DNA of 64,000 bases from a virus (IMGVR_UViG_3300011008_002712), one strand, 5' to 3'; positions 1-10,680 are shown, counted from the stretch's first letter. Numbers and translations: made by a program. The notes: generated by a model from the letters alone, not told the origin.

Positions 1-294
1 TGGTGTCATTACAATATCTTCAGAAATAATTTCCAAAATAGAAGCAGAAAGAATATGTATTTCATCTTCTGTTAAGACATGATTATTTACTTTGCTGGAA
101 GATTCTACAAAAACACATGCTTCTTCTGATATTCGACGCATAGCATCTTCCCTAGCTCTTTCTTTTGCTTTATAAAGATTCTCTTCTTGAGAATCTCCCA
201 TAATATATATTCCAACAGATGAAATAATTTTTTGTTCAGCAAATGCATGATTAAATGAAAAAAATATGCATAACATCAAAATAATTTTTTTCAT
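1..294 (-). CDS. secreted protein, N-terminal part (runs off window)
   Basis: Not in the ORF track. RBS GAGGT, then MKKIILMLCIFFSFNHAFA (signal peptide) and G-x-Y-x-x-G-D...AKERAREDAMRR...VFVESSSKVNNHVLTEDEI, resembling an N-terminal domain I recall from Selenomonadales exported proteins. Confidence 0.7.
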   Translation of the reverse strand, partial: MKKIILMLCIFFSFNHAFAEQKIISSVGIYIMGDSQEENLYKAKERAREDAMRRISEEACVFVESSSKVNNHVLTEDEIHILSASILEIISEDIVMTP

Positions 295-505
295 ATCACT
301 ACCTCGTAAAACATGCATTTCATAAACATAATCAATTCTCCCCTTCTATTTTTTAGATAATTCTAACACAAAATACAAAATTTGTATACAAAAAATAGTT
401 ATTCATAAAAAAAGAGTATATGACCGTGATTTACAAATTCTAGTTGTTTCAGATTTATAAAAAGTCTCCAACCTATCAAGGAAGGAGACTCTTTTGCATA
501 TTTGA

Positions 506-952
506 TTATTGGGTAATCAATTCTTTTAGTTCATAAAACCACAGCTCGGCTTCTCCAAACCCACATTTGTGAATAATTTGCTTTTTCAAAATGAAATTTT
601 TTATTTTCTTTGCAACGTTTTTGTCAGTACCAGAAGAAATTTCTTCAAAAAAGCTGTCAACAATTTTTGCATACAGATTATCATATATGTTTTTTATCTT
701 ATCTTTAGTGTCTTTGCAGTTAGCTGCAAGTTTTTTCATTTCTTCTTTAAACATTATATTCGGCATTGAGATTGTTGCAATTTCATTTTCTTTTGCATTT
801 TGAAATTCATTGATAAGTTGCGTAGCCAAATATCTTTCATTTTTGATTGTCCAATAAAGACCCTGGTGGTCTACATATTCTTCTGCTAGAGCTTCTTCAA
901 CATCTTTTGACAAAACGACATATTTCTCAATAATGCTGTCTAAATTTTTCAT
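506..952 (-). CDS. hypothetical protein
   Basis: 148-aa ORF, RBS AGGAG, coupled to the upstream gene. Confidence 0.75.
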   Translation of the reverse strand: MKNLDSIIEKYVVLSKDVEEALAEEYVDHQGLYWTIKNERYLATQLINEFQNAKENEIATISMPNIMFKEEMKKLAANCKDTKDKIKNIYDNLYAKIVDSFFEEISSGTDKNVAKKIKNFILKKQIIHKCGFGEAELWFYELKELITQ

Positions 953-954
953 TG

Positions 955-1353
955 TTATCTCCTTTTGAATTCCTTGTAATTAAGATTAAAAATGTTGTTT
1001 TGAGCATTCACAAGGGTTTTCCTGATATTAACAAACAAAGTGTTGATTCGCAAATGTTTGCCAAGAAATTTATAAACAAACCCGTTTTTTGTAGACCATC
1101 TCATGATTATTCTTACAGCGTCACCAGTTTTATCTCTCATCATGTCAGTTTTTCTAGATATGCTTGAGTAAATAATAATAGACACTGCAGGATTTTTGGT
1201 AGGAAGAATGTAAACATATTCATAAATCTTTTTGTTTGACTGCTTTTCAATTTCTTCTGTAGCATCATAGATATGAGCAAGGTGATACATATCAGAAATC
1301 TTGCTCATCGTAACTTCAAACTGAGATTTTGTGTACTGCTTATAATGACTCAT
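955..1353 (-). CDS. hypothetical protein
   Basis: 132-aa ORF, RBS GAGGT, directly behind a TATTTACA promoter. Confidence 0.8.
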   Translation of the reverse strand: MSHYKQYTKSQFEVTMSKISDMYHLAHIYDATEEIEKQSNKKIYEYVYILPTKNPAVSIIIYSSISRKTDMMRDKTGDAVRIIMRWSTKNGFVYKFLGKHLRINTLFVNIRKTLVNAQNNIFNLNYKEFKRR

Positions 1354-1457
1354 TTTCCTAACCTCACTTTCTTGAATACATTATATCACAGAATCTCAAC
1401 AATGTAAATAGTATTTGACAAAATTATTTAAAAATGGCTAGCATTTGCTAGCCATAA

Positions 1458-1721
1458 TCATTCGTATAAATTTGTTATCGTCCGTTTCCAATTTTCGAAA
1501 TCTTTATTGAACCTATCCTGGAATTCTTCTTCACTGTCATAGCACTTCACGAGATCACTGTGGTGAGAATAATTCTTAACTTTTGATTTATCCATTGTGG
1601 CTCGAAGTCTAATCCCTCCAAAGTCATCTAGATTTAAAGTAATATGACACAACCCAACACGCTTTTCATAATTATCTTCATCGATCTGTACAAATCCAAA
1701 ATAAGGCAATATGTTAGACAT
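1458..1721 (-). CDS. hypothetical protein
   Basis: Start moved to MSNILPY, which follows AGGAG; hairpin follows the stop. Confidence 0.7.
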   Translation of the reverse strand: MSNILPYFGFVQIDEDNYEKRVGLCHITLNLDDFGGIRLRATMDKSKVKNYSHHSDLVKCYDSEEEFQDRFNKDFENWKRTITNLYE

Positions 1722-1938
1722 CTTTATTCTCCTTGTATGTTGTAGTTTTGGTTTCGTGTGTCCAAGTCGGCATGTGATTTTTCTCCAAAATACTGTCGAT
1801 GTCATTCTTTGATTTACTTATGGATTTTGTTTCTACTTTACTAGAAAAATAGCAATTCATCACATATCCAATAGTAAGACAAATAATCAAAATACTAAGA
1901 ACTGCGGCTACTAAAACGTTATCTTGTATTACTGGCAT
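1714..1938 (-). CDS. small membrane protein
   Basis: MPVIQDN start after GGAG; one hydrophobic helix VLVAAVLSILIICLTIGYVM. Confidence 0.65.
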   Translation of the reverse strand: MPVIQDNVLVAAVLSILIICLTIGYVMNCYFSSKVETKSISKSKNDIDSILEKNHMPTWTHETKTTTYKENKDV

Positions 1939-2020
1939 TATAATCACTCCAATTTTTAATACTCCATTTTTGTTACATTCAACGAGGGTGCTTTTTATTA
2001 GCACCCTCGCGCATTGATTC

Positions 2021-2479
2021 TTACTTAGTCAACCTGCTCGGATCGAACTTATAGTTCATATTGCCAGAGATGGTTTTATCGACCATGTCCTGATTGATGA
2101 CGCCGGACTTAACAAGTTTTCCCAATTCCTTTTCGTTGACAGTCTCAACCATCTTGCGAGATACAACACTCTTGACATTGGCACCGGCAGCTTCCAGCAA
2201 AACCTTCAGTGCCTTAATATCATACTCTTTCTTTGTCAGCACCGGGATTTTCTTTACCTGGTATTCATTGCCAACAATCGTCTCCGGCACTGCGTTATCT
2301 TCCACGAAATATTCGCCAGCAAATTCTATCTTCATCTTCTTCAGTTTGCTCTGCATCGCTTTGATTTGAGCATCAAGCGACATAATCTCTGCTACGCGAG
2401 AATCGATATCATCCTGCCGTGCCGGAATCTTCTTAGCCTTGATCTGATTTGCTGCCATTGCCATCGTCATTTCAATCAT
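2021..2479 (-). CDS. early hypothetical protein (coiled coil, GC-rich codons)
   Basis: 152-aa ORF, visibly GC-richer than background, behind a consensus promoter. Confidence 0.85.
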   Translation of the reverse strand: MIEMTMAMAANQIKAKKIPARQDDIDSRVAEIMSLDAQIKAMQSKLKKMKIEFAGEYFVEDNAVPETIVGNEYQVKKIPVLTKKEYDIKALKVLLEAAGANVKSVVSRKMVETVNEKELGKLVKSGVINQDMVDKTISGNMNYKFDPSRLTK

Positions 2480-2501
2480 CCTTTCATCTTTACACTCTTT
2501 T

Positions 2502-2552
2502 TTCCTTACCTCTTAAATCTATTATACCATGTTGTTCGGTATTTGTAAATAG
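2502..2552 (-). promoter_or_regulatory. repeated early sigma-A-type promoter module
   Basis: Minus strand CTATTTACA-N14-TGGTATAAT-...AAGAGGTAAGGAA; 17 nt between TTTACA and TATAAT. Confidence 0.8.
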
Positions 2553-2612
2553 TTTTTTTCAATTTTTTTTGAAAAATTTTTGTATTTATCACCTCCTCTC
2601 TATTGCTTCCTT

Positions 2613-2942
2613 TCAAATCTTTATCATGATAGTGTTGTTGATAATGTCAATCATCTGTTCATTTTCTTCGTTTGCATAAACCTTATGCCCGTCGATATCA
2701 ATTCTTTCAATCATATGTGTATCATTTAAAAGTTTTTTCGCTATTGTTTCGGCGTCTGGTGTATCAAACTCAAGCGAAATGTTCTTGGCAAAAGTTTTCT
2801 CAACAATCATGCCATCTTCCATGATAAGGGATTTCGTAATATCATTTGCCTGGAATTTCGAAACTTCAGCACTCTCAATAACTTCGATGCGGCCAGACTC
2901 AAAAATTACCTTGACATTGTATTCCATTTTTTGTTCCTCCAT
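2613..2942 (-). CDS. hypothetical protein
   Basis: 109-aa ORF between two promoter modules. Confidence 0.8.
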   Translation of the reverse strand: MEEQKMEYNVKVIFESGRIEVIESAEVSKFQANDITKSLIMEDGMIVEKTFAKNISLEFDTPDAETIAKKLLNDTHMIERIDIDGHKVYANEENEQMIDIINNTIMIKI

Positions 2943-2950
2943 TCTTCTAT

Positions 2951-3001
2951 TTCCTTACCTCTTGAGTCTATTATACCATGTTATTCAATGTTTGTAAATA
3001 G
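2951..3001 (-). promoter_or_regulatory. repeated early promoter module
   Basis: CTATTTACA...TGGTATAATAGACTCAAGAGGTAAGGAA on the minus strand. Confidence 0.8.
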
Positions 3002-3005
3002 TTTT

Positions 3006-3701
3006 TTACAAAATTCTTAGTATTTTTTGATAAAGGCAGTGGAATCTTCCATAATTAATATCTTTATGCCAATGACCGAAATACCAACCATCAAATGAGT
3101 CAATATTGTTCAGAAACTCTTGAAGCATCTTAGATGTTGGATCTGGATCTTCTAATGGATTTATATGGAACATTGGGTAAATTAAACCTTGAGGGCATGT
3201 GTGACTTAGAATATAGTCTAATCTGATGTTCTTATTTTTCAGTAATTCCAAATTGGAAAATAATCTATCACATTCATCATAGCTCCAAAGCTCTTCTTTC
3301 CACCAATTAATATCTAATTGACGATAGCATCTGTCATATGATTGTGCTCCCCCAGCAGCTAAAAAATATTTCCCATCTATTTCATAATAATTCCCTCTTA
3401 TTAAATGGATAATATTATCTTCTGTCTGATGAACATCTCCTCCATGCCATTTAGTAATAGGAAAACTATTAATCCACTTAAAATTTTCATGATTTCCGTC
3501 AATCCAGAGCAACGTAAATTTCTTTTCTATCAGCCACTTTCTCCAGTGCTGATAAAACTTATTATCTTTCCAATATAGACCAAAATCTCCCAGAACTATC
3601 ACATAATCACCTCTAGTCATATTTTTCTGCTCTGGGAAATTTTTCATATTCAATTTTTCTATGTCTATGTCAATGTGAGTATCACCAGTAACGTATACCA
3701 T
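3006..3701 (-). CDS. calcineurin-like metallophosphoesterase
   Basis: GDTH, GDFG, GNHE, SHTCP, FGHWH motifs. Confidence 0.9.
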   Translation of the reverse strand: MVYVTGDTHIDIDIEKLNMKNFPEQKNMTRGDYVIVLGDFGLYWKDNKFYQHWRKWLIEKKFTLLWIDGNHENFKWINSFPITKWHGGDVHQTEDNIIHLIRGNYYEIDGKYFLAAGGAQSYDRCYRQLDINWWKEELWSYDECDRLFSNLELLKNKNIRLDYILSHTCPQGLIYPMFHINPLEDPDPTSKMLQEFLNNIDSFDGWYFGHWHKDINYGRFHCLYQKILRIL

Positions 3702-3719
3702 AATCTTTTTTCCTTTTTA

Positions 3720-4061
3720 TCATAAGTGATGGTTATATTTGAATTTTGAGTTATTGCTTTTCAACAAGATGGGAGTAGTTTCAAATAATCCACCATCTCT
3801 ATCGAAATGCTGAGTACAAGCATTGCCTCCAAATTTTTTCAAAAGTTTTTTTGCTGTAGATACAGAACAATCAAACTCAATCGGGAAATTTCTATCTAAT
3901 ACTTCGTCTGATATGTCTTCAGGAATCTCAATTATGTCTTTTCCTTCAACAATCTGTTTATAAGCAAGAACCCTTTCTCTAATCGGAAGTTCAACAGGAA
4001 AAGAATAATATGTAATGCGCATTTCTTTTACCACCTTTCGAACTTTTTCTATTTGAATCAA
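3720..4061 (-). CDS. hypothetical protein
   Basis: 113-aa ORF; start uncertain. Confidence 0.65.
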   Translation of the reverse strand: MIQIEKVRKVVKEMRITYYSFPVELPIRERVLAYKQIVEGKDIIEIPEDISDEVLDRNFPIEFDCSVSTAKKLLKKFGGNACTQHFDRDGGLFETTPILLKSNNSKFKYNHHL

Positions 4062-4176
4062 TTATAATATAGTAATTCAAAAAAGTAAATAGTTTTTATA
4101 AATTAAAACATATTTTTCGATTTTTTTTCTATTATAAATTTGGATTGAACACATTTTTAAATTAGAAGATGAATTC

Positions 4177-5259
4177 ATGAATTACATCTATTCAGGAGGA
4201 GAATACACTGTATATGATAATAGCGTAAAAAGTTTTGACAAGCTTCCAGCTGGCATGTACAGAGTAAATTTTCATCCTCAAAAAGGATGGTGGCTGACGA
4301 GTGATCATCCTATCATTATCAATGAAAAAATTTATGGCGATCATGAAAGAAAAGCAAGAAAAGCAGTAGAAACTTTTAAGATATTCCCTCGTAATCTTGG
4401 AGTACTTTTATCTGGAAATAAGGGAATGGGCAAGAGTTTAGTATGTAAAATGATATGTAAAAATATGGTAGATCTTGGTTATCCAGTCATTACTGTAGAT
4501 AGTTACATACCTGGAATCAGTGATTTCTTGCATAAAATAGACACGGAATCAGTGATATTTTTAGATGAATTTGACAAAATTTTTCATCAAAGCGAAGAAG
4601 ATTATGAAAATAATTCTCTCAGACCACAAGATGAAATGCTTAGTCTATTTGATGGCAGTGACACAAACAAAAAAATGTTCTTAGTGACATGCAATCAAAT
4701 AGCAAACATAAGCGATTATTTCATTAACAGACCAGGAAGATTCCATTACCATTATCGTTTTACTTATCCAACAAAAGAAGAAATAGAGCACTATCTTAGA
4801 GAAAATGTAAAAGAAGAATACGCAGACGAAATTGTCAATGTATTAGCATTCTCTAAGAAAGTAAAGCTAAGCTATGATTGTCTGAGAAGTATTGTATTTG
4901 AGTTAAATCTTGGGAATTCTTTCTATGATTTCATTGATGATCTTAATATACTAAACGTACAAGAAGAAACATATGAAATAAAACTCATAGATAGCGAGCA
5001 TAACATTTATTCATGTGCAGAAAATCTAAACATCATATCTGAAGAACCTCAAAATCTTTATCTTTACTGCAGAGGAAAAGGCGACATATTTGTAACATTC
5101 AACATGAACGATCTTGACTATAATGAAGAAACGCATTGCTACGTTCCAAAAGATATAAAAGACATAATAATAGAAACAACAGAATCTAAGAAAAACATAA
5201 AAGTAAAGAGCTTTACAATAAAATCACTAAACGATAATATGTATAGCTATTTTGTATAA
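4177..5259 (+). CDS. AAA+ family ATPase
   Basis: Walker A GNKGMGKS, Walker B IFLDEFD, sensor TCN, arginine-finger region NRPGRF. Confidence 0.9.
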   Translation: MNYIYSGGEYTVYDNSVKSFDKLPAGMYRVNFHPQKGWWLTSDHPIIINEKIYGDHERKARKAVETFKIFPRNLGVLLSGNKGMGKSLVCKMICKNMVDLGYPVITVDSYIPGISDFLHKIDTESVIFLDEFDKIFHQSEEDYENNSLRPQDEMLSLFDGSDTNKKMFLVTCNQIANISDYFINRPGRFHYHYRFTYPTKEEIEHYLRENVKEEYADEIVNVLAFSKKVKLSYDCLRSIVFELNLGNSFYDFIDDLNILNVQEETYEIKLIDSEHNIYSCAENLNIISEEPQNLYLYCRGKGDIFVTFNMNDLDYNEETHCYVPKDIKDIIIETTESKKNIKVKSFTIKSLNDNMYSYFV

Positions 5260-5286
5260 CGTAAAAGAGGCTGAAAATTCAGCCTC

Positions 5287-5553
5287 TTATTTTTCTTTAG
5301 CTTCTTTAAGAAGAATCTCAGAATTTTCATTCATCCATTTTGAAAGTTTGATGTAAGCTTTTTCTTGAGATGAATTACTAAATCCTCTGAATTTAGTACG
5401 CACTGGATATACTTTATAATTTTTGATTTCTCCTGTTTGTTTATCTTCGTCAAAATCTATGACAATGGACCAACCAAAAATCTGAAGAAAAGTATTGACA
5501 AACATAAGCAACCCAGTAGAACGAAATTCTTCCCACTCTTTTCTAAATATCAT
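5287..5553 (-). CDS. hypothetical phage protein
   Basis: 88-aa ORF, RBS GAGGTG. Confidence 0.75.
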   Translation of the reverse strand: MIFRKEWEEFRSTGLLMFVNTFLQIFGWSIVIDFDEDKQTGEIKNYKVYPVRTKFRGFSNSSQEKAYIKLSKWMNENSEILLKEAKEK

Positions 5554-5562
5554 AAAAACACC

Positions 5563-6135
5563 TCATATGCCATAATAAAACAAAATCCTAGGAGAAAGTA
5601 TACTCAAAAAATCTGCCATGCATTCATATGCATAATCTAAAAACATTTGATTAGACAATAAAATCTTTCTTTGAGCTACTCTCACTTTTGATAAATCTCC
5701 AACAAGACGATGGGTAAAATAATCTTTTGGAATAAACATGCTCATGTAAGAATCATTAAAATATCTATATATCTGAAATTCTTTTCCATTACCTCCTATG
5801 CCGCTTGTTTTAGGTTTTCTCATCTGAGAAGCATCAGCATATATAGCAAAAGTGAAATTACTCTTAGTATTACTATGTTTAATGTTTACATGCACAATCT
5901 GTATCTTAATTCTTTCTACTTCTGAAATACAAAATTTTTTGCCATTAGTCCTGTAATCTTTTTTTAGAAAAAGCTTTAATTCATTATAACAATCTCTACA
6001 AATTTTTTTGCCATTGTAAATTTCTTCTTCATTTACAAATGTTGGTGCATAACTTTTTCCATACATGTATTTTGTTGGTTGATTGCATCTAGTACATACA
6101 TCAAAAACTTTTATGATCTCTCTTTTGCTTGGCAT
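5563..6135 (-). CDS. hypothetical protein with N-terminal Zn finger; ends GI*
   Basis: CTRC...CRDC; C-terminus ILFYYGI. Confidence 0.75.
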   Translation of the reverse strand: MPSKREIIKVFDVCTRCNQPTKYMYGKSYAPTFVNEEEIYNGKKICRDCYNELKLFLKKDYRTNGKKFCISEVERIKIQIVHVNIKHSNTKSNFTFAIYADASQMRKPKTSGIGGNGKEFQIYRYFNDSYMSMFIPKDYFTHRLVGDLSKVRVAQRKILLSNQMFLDYAYECMADFLSILSPRILFYYGI

Positions 6136-6170
6136 GTGATAACTCCTTTTTTATTTAATTTTATCACATT

Positions 6171-6542
6171 TCAAACATTATGTACATTACTAAGCAAATA
6201 CTTCTCAGCATTTTTCTTTAATTCGTGTCCTTTGATATACATTAAAATAAAAGGAATTTTTTCCAAAATACTATCATCGTTAGTTAAAGTGACTTTAGTC
6301 TTAATACTTTCATTTAATACATAAAAACAATCTTCAAAAACAGCAAATTCATAATCATTCATTTTGACTATCCGATATGCTTGGCCAAACTTATGATGTA
6401 TCTCTGAGATGTATATGACATAGCATTCTTTTTCTATCAGCATAAATTTAACATCTTCATCATATAAGATAGTAGAAATCTCATGAGTAAGTACGTTCTT
6501 CATGATTATTTTGTCTGTCTCATAAATGACATTGTATTTCAT
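6171..6542 (-). CDS. hypothetical protein
   Basis: Start MKYNVIY after AGGAG. Confidence 0.7.
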   Translation of the reverse strand: MKYNVIYETDKIIMKNVLTHEISTILYDEDVKFMLIEKECYVIYISEIHHKFGQAYRIVKMNDYEFAVFEDCFYVLNESIKTKVTLTNDDSILEKIPFILMYIKGHELKKNAEKYLLSNVHNV

Positions 6543-7056
6543 CAATTGCTCCTTTATTCGTCGCATTCCAAAATTTATAAAATCTTTCTATTTTTTCTAT
6601 GCTCGCATTTAAAGGATAAATATGAATAGCTGCTAACCAGCATTCAATCGTATCCCACCAACTGCTTCCAGAAAAAAATATATCGTCTGCAATCTTCATG
6701 TTGATATCATATTTATTTTTATTCCCTTTAATTTTATCAAAGCAATAATATGCATATTGTTGATCAATGTCAAACAATTTCATGTCTATGCTCTCATACT
6801 TTTTAAACAAATCTACTTGTTTGAAAATATCTTTTGCTATCTCCCAAGATAAACTTGATGAAAAATTTTTTTGTTCCATGAATTCTTTTTGAATAGCATG
6901 TAAAGCAATGATTGTACCATTTTTGTCTGTTCTCATGAATTGTCCACCAATACAGACAACATCATCGTCTATTATCATTTCTTTTAATGAATAAAAATGC
7001 TTGCTTTTTCTAAATCTTATTTTCATAATCCATTTTATTTCCTTTGATTCTATCAA
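6520..7056 (-). CDS. hypothetical protein
   Basis: 178-aa ORF. Confidence 0.7.
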   Translation of the reverse strand: MIESKEIKWIMKIRFRKSKHFYSLKEMIIDDDVVCIGGQFMRTDKNGTIIALHAIQKEFMEQKNFSSSLSWEIAKDIFKQVDLFKKYESIDMKLFDIDQQYAYYCFDKIKGNKNKYDINMKIADDIFFSGSSWWDTIECWLAAIHIYPLNASIEKIERFYKFWNATNKGAIDEIQCHL

Positions 7057-7128
7057 AACAATAATGTGGTCTTAAAATTAAAAAAGACTGTTTTTATGCA
7101 GTCTTTTTTGTTAATCATCATAATCTTA

Positions 7129-7536
7129 TTAAATATATGATCTATATGCACTATCTTCTAAGTCATCTGTAATACTTGCCCAATCTTTTCTGAATTGTTT
7201 AAGATTTGAAAGCAAATTGGAGGTAGCTTCTATTAAAGAATTCAAATTTTCAATAGCTTCATCTCCTGGAGAATATTTTCCATTACCTAAGAGTTAATAT
7301 GCAATTGGTTCTGAAAAATTATCAGTTTCTTTAGCAGCATTACCACATGTAAAATATCTTTCAAAATTTTGTCCATCCAAAATATCATCATATGCTGCTA
7401 ATACTTGTTCATATACAGATACAACTTCTTTTGATTTTCCGTCTAAATCTTCTAAAAAATATTGTAAAGCTTCTTTAGCTTCTTCTGGTACTTCAGCTGC
7501 ACTTTTCTTCTGTAAATGCGATTTGATTGTATTCAT
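7129..7536 (-). pseudogene. acidic hypothetical protein interrupted by in-frame TAA (7294-7296)
   Basis: The 80-aa ORF continues in frame for 54 sense codons (LLGNGKYSPGDEAIENL...AYRSYI*). Confidence 0.6.
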
Positions 7537-7589
7537 ATTTTTTATCTCCTTATATCATTTCTTTCAATGAATAAAAATATTTACTTTTT

Positions 7590-8243
7590 TCATAATCCAT
7601 GTTCCAATAATTCGAAAAAATTTTTTTCTATCGCCTTATATGTTTTTATGATCCTAATACACTGTGAATAAGTTTTCTCATTATATCTTTTTTGTTTGTT
7701 TAAGAACAAATTTAATCCAACATAATTATTATCTTCATCCATAGTCAGTGTTCTTACAGCATCAATCAAACATTGTGTTTTTGTATAGACATAAACAATT
7801 TCATTCTTATTAAAATTATCTAATACATTCCCAGTAAGTTTATCTATTCTAATTATATGATTTTCTTTTTTTACATCTTCTTCAAAGATATACGGAGAAA
7901 AAAAGTTTCTTGTTATTAATGTCTTATCAAACTGTATCAGAAGAGCAAGATTAACAAACAAATCAATAAAATGATTCCAATAAACAACATCTAATAGATT
8001 GTTATAATGATTTGCTATATCAATTTCTTCTATGGTCAACTTAGATGAATCCATGTCACAAGCTAAGAAATCATATATCATTACTGGAATAACATTAGAG
8101 CCATGCTTTTTAATATAAGCATGGAGATTTTTTTTGAATAAATTTTCTATGTATTTATCATGCCTATCTACATAATCATCTAACCATCTAATTCTAGGAC
8201 ATAATAAATTAATAACAGTTGATCTAATCTCTGAATACTTCAT
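7590..8243 (-). CDS. hypothetical protein, GL-tail group
   Basis: Start MKYSEIR after GAGG; ends FFELLEHGL*. Confidence 0.8.
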   Translation of the reverse strand: MKYSEIRSTVINLLCPRIRWLDDYVDRHDKYIENLFKKNLHAYIKKHGSNVIPVMIYDFLACDMDSSKLTIEEIDIANHYNNLLDVVYWNHFIDLFVNLALLIQFDKTLITRNFFSPYIFEEDVKKENHIIRIDKLTGNVLDNFNKNEIVYVYTKTQCLIDAVRTLTMDEDNNYVGLNLFLNKQKRYNEKTYSQCIRIIKTYKAIEKNFFELLEHGL

Positions 8244-8505
8244 GTTCAAAACCTCAAAAAAACAACAAGGAAAACTGTAAAATAAATTATTATTGGCAGA
8301 AGTCGCTGAAATGCTAAAACGTCTCGATGCTATATGCATTAAGGCTTGATGACTATCGCTGAGCCGAAATGATTCCGATTTTGGTCATATTTCTTTCTTT
8401 AGTTTTTTAGCATTTCGTTAAGTTTCTTTGTATGCGAAAAGCATTTTAGCTATTTACATTTACAAAGAGTTTTGTTATAATAATTTCAGAAAGGAATGAT
8501 GTCGT

Positions 8506-8769
8506 ATGAAAAAAGTATTTTTAGTTTCAGCATGTATTATGTTATTTAGCGCAATGCTATATCCTCCATCTAATGAGATCAAACATACGGAGATATATGT
8601 TGTGAAGGAAGGTGACACACTCTGGAACATCGCTCAAGAGTTTTGCGAACACGATAATAGATATATTAACCAACTTATATATGACATCACTCAGGATAAT
8701 CCAGAGCTTAGTAAGAACCATGGACAAGTTTGGCCAGGACAAAAATTGGTCATCAACCTTAAAAAGTGA
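8506..8769 (+). CDS. LysM-domain membrane protein (YneA-like architecture)
   Basis: N-terminal TM/signal helix plus YVVKEGDTLWNIA...PGQKLVI LysM motif; own promoter at ~8450. Confidence 0.85.
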   Translation: MKKVFLVSACIMLFSAMLYPPSNEIKHTEIYVVKEGDTLWNIAQEFCEHDNRYINQLIYDITQDNPELSKNHGQVWPGQKLVINLKK

Positions 8770-8775
8770 TTTTAA

Positions 8776-8799
8776 AGAGGAGACAAAAAAGTCTCCTCT
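8776..8799. terminator. GAGGAGA-stem hairpin between convergent genes
   Basis: AGAGGAGAC-aaaaaa-GTCTCCTCT. Confidence 0.7.
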
Positions 8800-8821
8800 A
8801 TTTATTTTTGAGAATCTTAGT

Positions 8822-9835
8822 TTAAGGCTTTGAAGAGTCAAACGTCTTAAATAAAATATCTTTGTCAGAGGTTTGTGTTGCTTTTTCAAACACAGCAAGA
8901 ATAGACATACCTATTTTCCAATTATTTTTTCTTATTTTTTTTCTGATATTAAAATACCATGAGTTTATGATCGTTCTAATTCTTTTTTCTATGTAATCAC
9001 ATATTTTTTCAGAATCTTTTTCTATTGGCAATTTTAATAACATTTTATTTTCATTATCATTTGCGAATTCATCTTCAACAAATTTGACGTTAACATGATG
9101 CATGTGGTCTTTGTATTTTTTAATTTTGCCTTGATTACGATAAATATAATCATGTACGTCTTTGTTGATGTTTATACATAAATTGACCTTTCCATTTTGC
9201 TTTATTCTACCAAAGAAATTGATATGTCCAAAACTAAAAGAAATGGTTTGAATATAATCATCATTAGCAAGTTTTGATATTGCCATAGCTCTTTTAAGAT
9301 TTTCTTGAGGTTTTTCAATCCATGTTATTGGTGTATTTTTGATCCAATCCGGCATGTTTTCCGTTCTTTTTTTTCTAGTATTAGCAGCTTTTACAGCAGA
9401 TGCATTTTTATTTTTTGTGACGTTTTCTTTGTGTTCTTTTCTCCATGCATTAATTGTGTCATTTGATATTTGCATGATCTCATATGAATCATAATAATCA
9501 ACATTAATTTCATATCCATAAGAAGAATCTTGCAATTTTAAAAAAATGATATGCAATTTATTTTCTTTTACAAAAATTTTTCGTTCTGAGTTTTTGATGT
9601 TCAAAATTTTGTTTACTAAAAATCCTGGAATTGCTAGTTCGTTTTTAAAATGAGAATAAAATTCTTTTACTTTGTCTTCCGTGTCAATAACATCTCTTAC
9701 TTTTTCGCATACTTCTTTTTTCTTCGGTCTTGGTTTTACGTTCATTTTAAATCCAATATAATCAGCTAGATCATCAACTTTTATTTTGCAAATTATTTTA
9801 TCAGTAAGATATTTTTGTGCTAATTCTGGATTCAT
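8822..9835 (-). CDS. basic hypothetical protein (paralog of 9832..10680)
   Basis: Shares the ENMP(D/E)...N(L/I)KR..AI.KL.N.D block with its neighbour. Confidence 0.8.
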   Translation of the reverse strand: MNPELAQKYLTDKIICKIKVDDLADYIGFKMNVKPRPKKKEVCEKVRDVIDTEDKVKEFYSHFKNELAIPGFLVNKILNIKNSERKIFVKENKLHIIFLKLQDSSYGYEINVDYYDSYEIMQISNDTINAWRKEHKENVTKNKNASAVKAANTRKKRTENMPDWIKNTPITWIEKPQENLKRAMAISKLANDDYIQTISFSFGHINFFGRIKQNGKVNLCININKDVHDYIYRNQGKIKKYKDHMHHVNVKFVEDEFANDNENKMLLKLPIEKDSEKICDYIEKRIRTIINSWYFNIRKKIRKNNWKIGMSILAVFEKATQTSDKDILFKTFDSSKP

Positions 9836-10680
9836 TCTTTATCTCCTTCGATTAAATATTGCATTCGTTCTCTGAATTTTTTCATCATTGGTGTTTCTGT
9901 ATGTTCTTTCCTTCCAAGATATAATTTATTCAGTCTTTCTTTTATTTGTTTTTCTATTTTTTTTACATTGACATTGTCTAAATTCAATTTAAAAGTATTG
10001 AAACATAATGTTTTATATATTGAATATTCAACGCCAAATTTTTCTTTCATATCAGCAAAAAATTTTAAATAACCTTGAGCATATACTTTGCCAAATAATT
10101 TTAATTTGCCAAATTGAAAGATTACATCATCTTGAGCTATATCACTATTTGATAATTTTGCAATTGCAACAAGACGTTTTATGTTTTTAGATATGGGTTG
10201 TATTTCTTTAAGTTTTATATTCTTTAAGAATTCTGGCATGTTTTCTTTTCTATATCTAAGAGTTTCTTTTGCTTTTATAGCAGCTTTTATTCCAGCCATT
10301 TTTCTTGTTTTATGACGATAAAAAATAATGTATTCATCAACTTTTGATCGCAGTTCTATTTTTTTATCATTTGTAATTTGTTTTAAATCGTATAAATTGA
10401 TAAGCATGCATTTATTTTCTTGATTAAGATAACTTGGAATTAAATGTAACATCATTGCAATGTCAATATCACATTTTGACATTTTAAGATACCATGCTGC
10501 CCAGCTAGAAGTTACTCCAAGCTCGTATTTAAAGTGATAATAAAAATCTTTTTCGTCTATGGAAAGATTTTTAATTTCATTTAATATGTCTTTTTTCTTT
10601 ATGTTAGTTAGATGAAAATAATCTAACAGATCTTTCTTTTTTATTCTATTTATTTCTATGTTAGAGATTAACATACTCAT
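9832..10680 (-). CDS. basic hypothetical protein (paralog of 8822..9835)
   Basis: 282-aa ORF, ATGA overlap with the next gene. Confidence 0.8.
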   Translation of the reverse strand: MSMLISNIEINRIKKKDLLDYFHLTNIKKKDILNEIKNLSIDEKDFYYHFKYELGVTSSWAAWYLKMSKCDIDIAMMLHLIPSYLNQENKCMLINLYDLKQITNDKKIELRSKVDEYIIFYRHKTRKMAGIKAAIKAKETLRYRKENMPEFLKNIKLKEIQPISKNIKRLVAIAKLSNSDIAQDDVIFQFGKLKLFGKVYAQGYLKFFADMKEKFGVEYSIYKTLCFNTFKLNLDNVNVKKIEKQIKERLNKLYLGRKEHTETPMMKKFRERMQYLIEGDKE

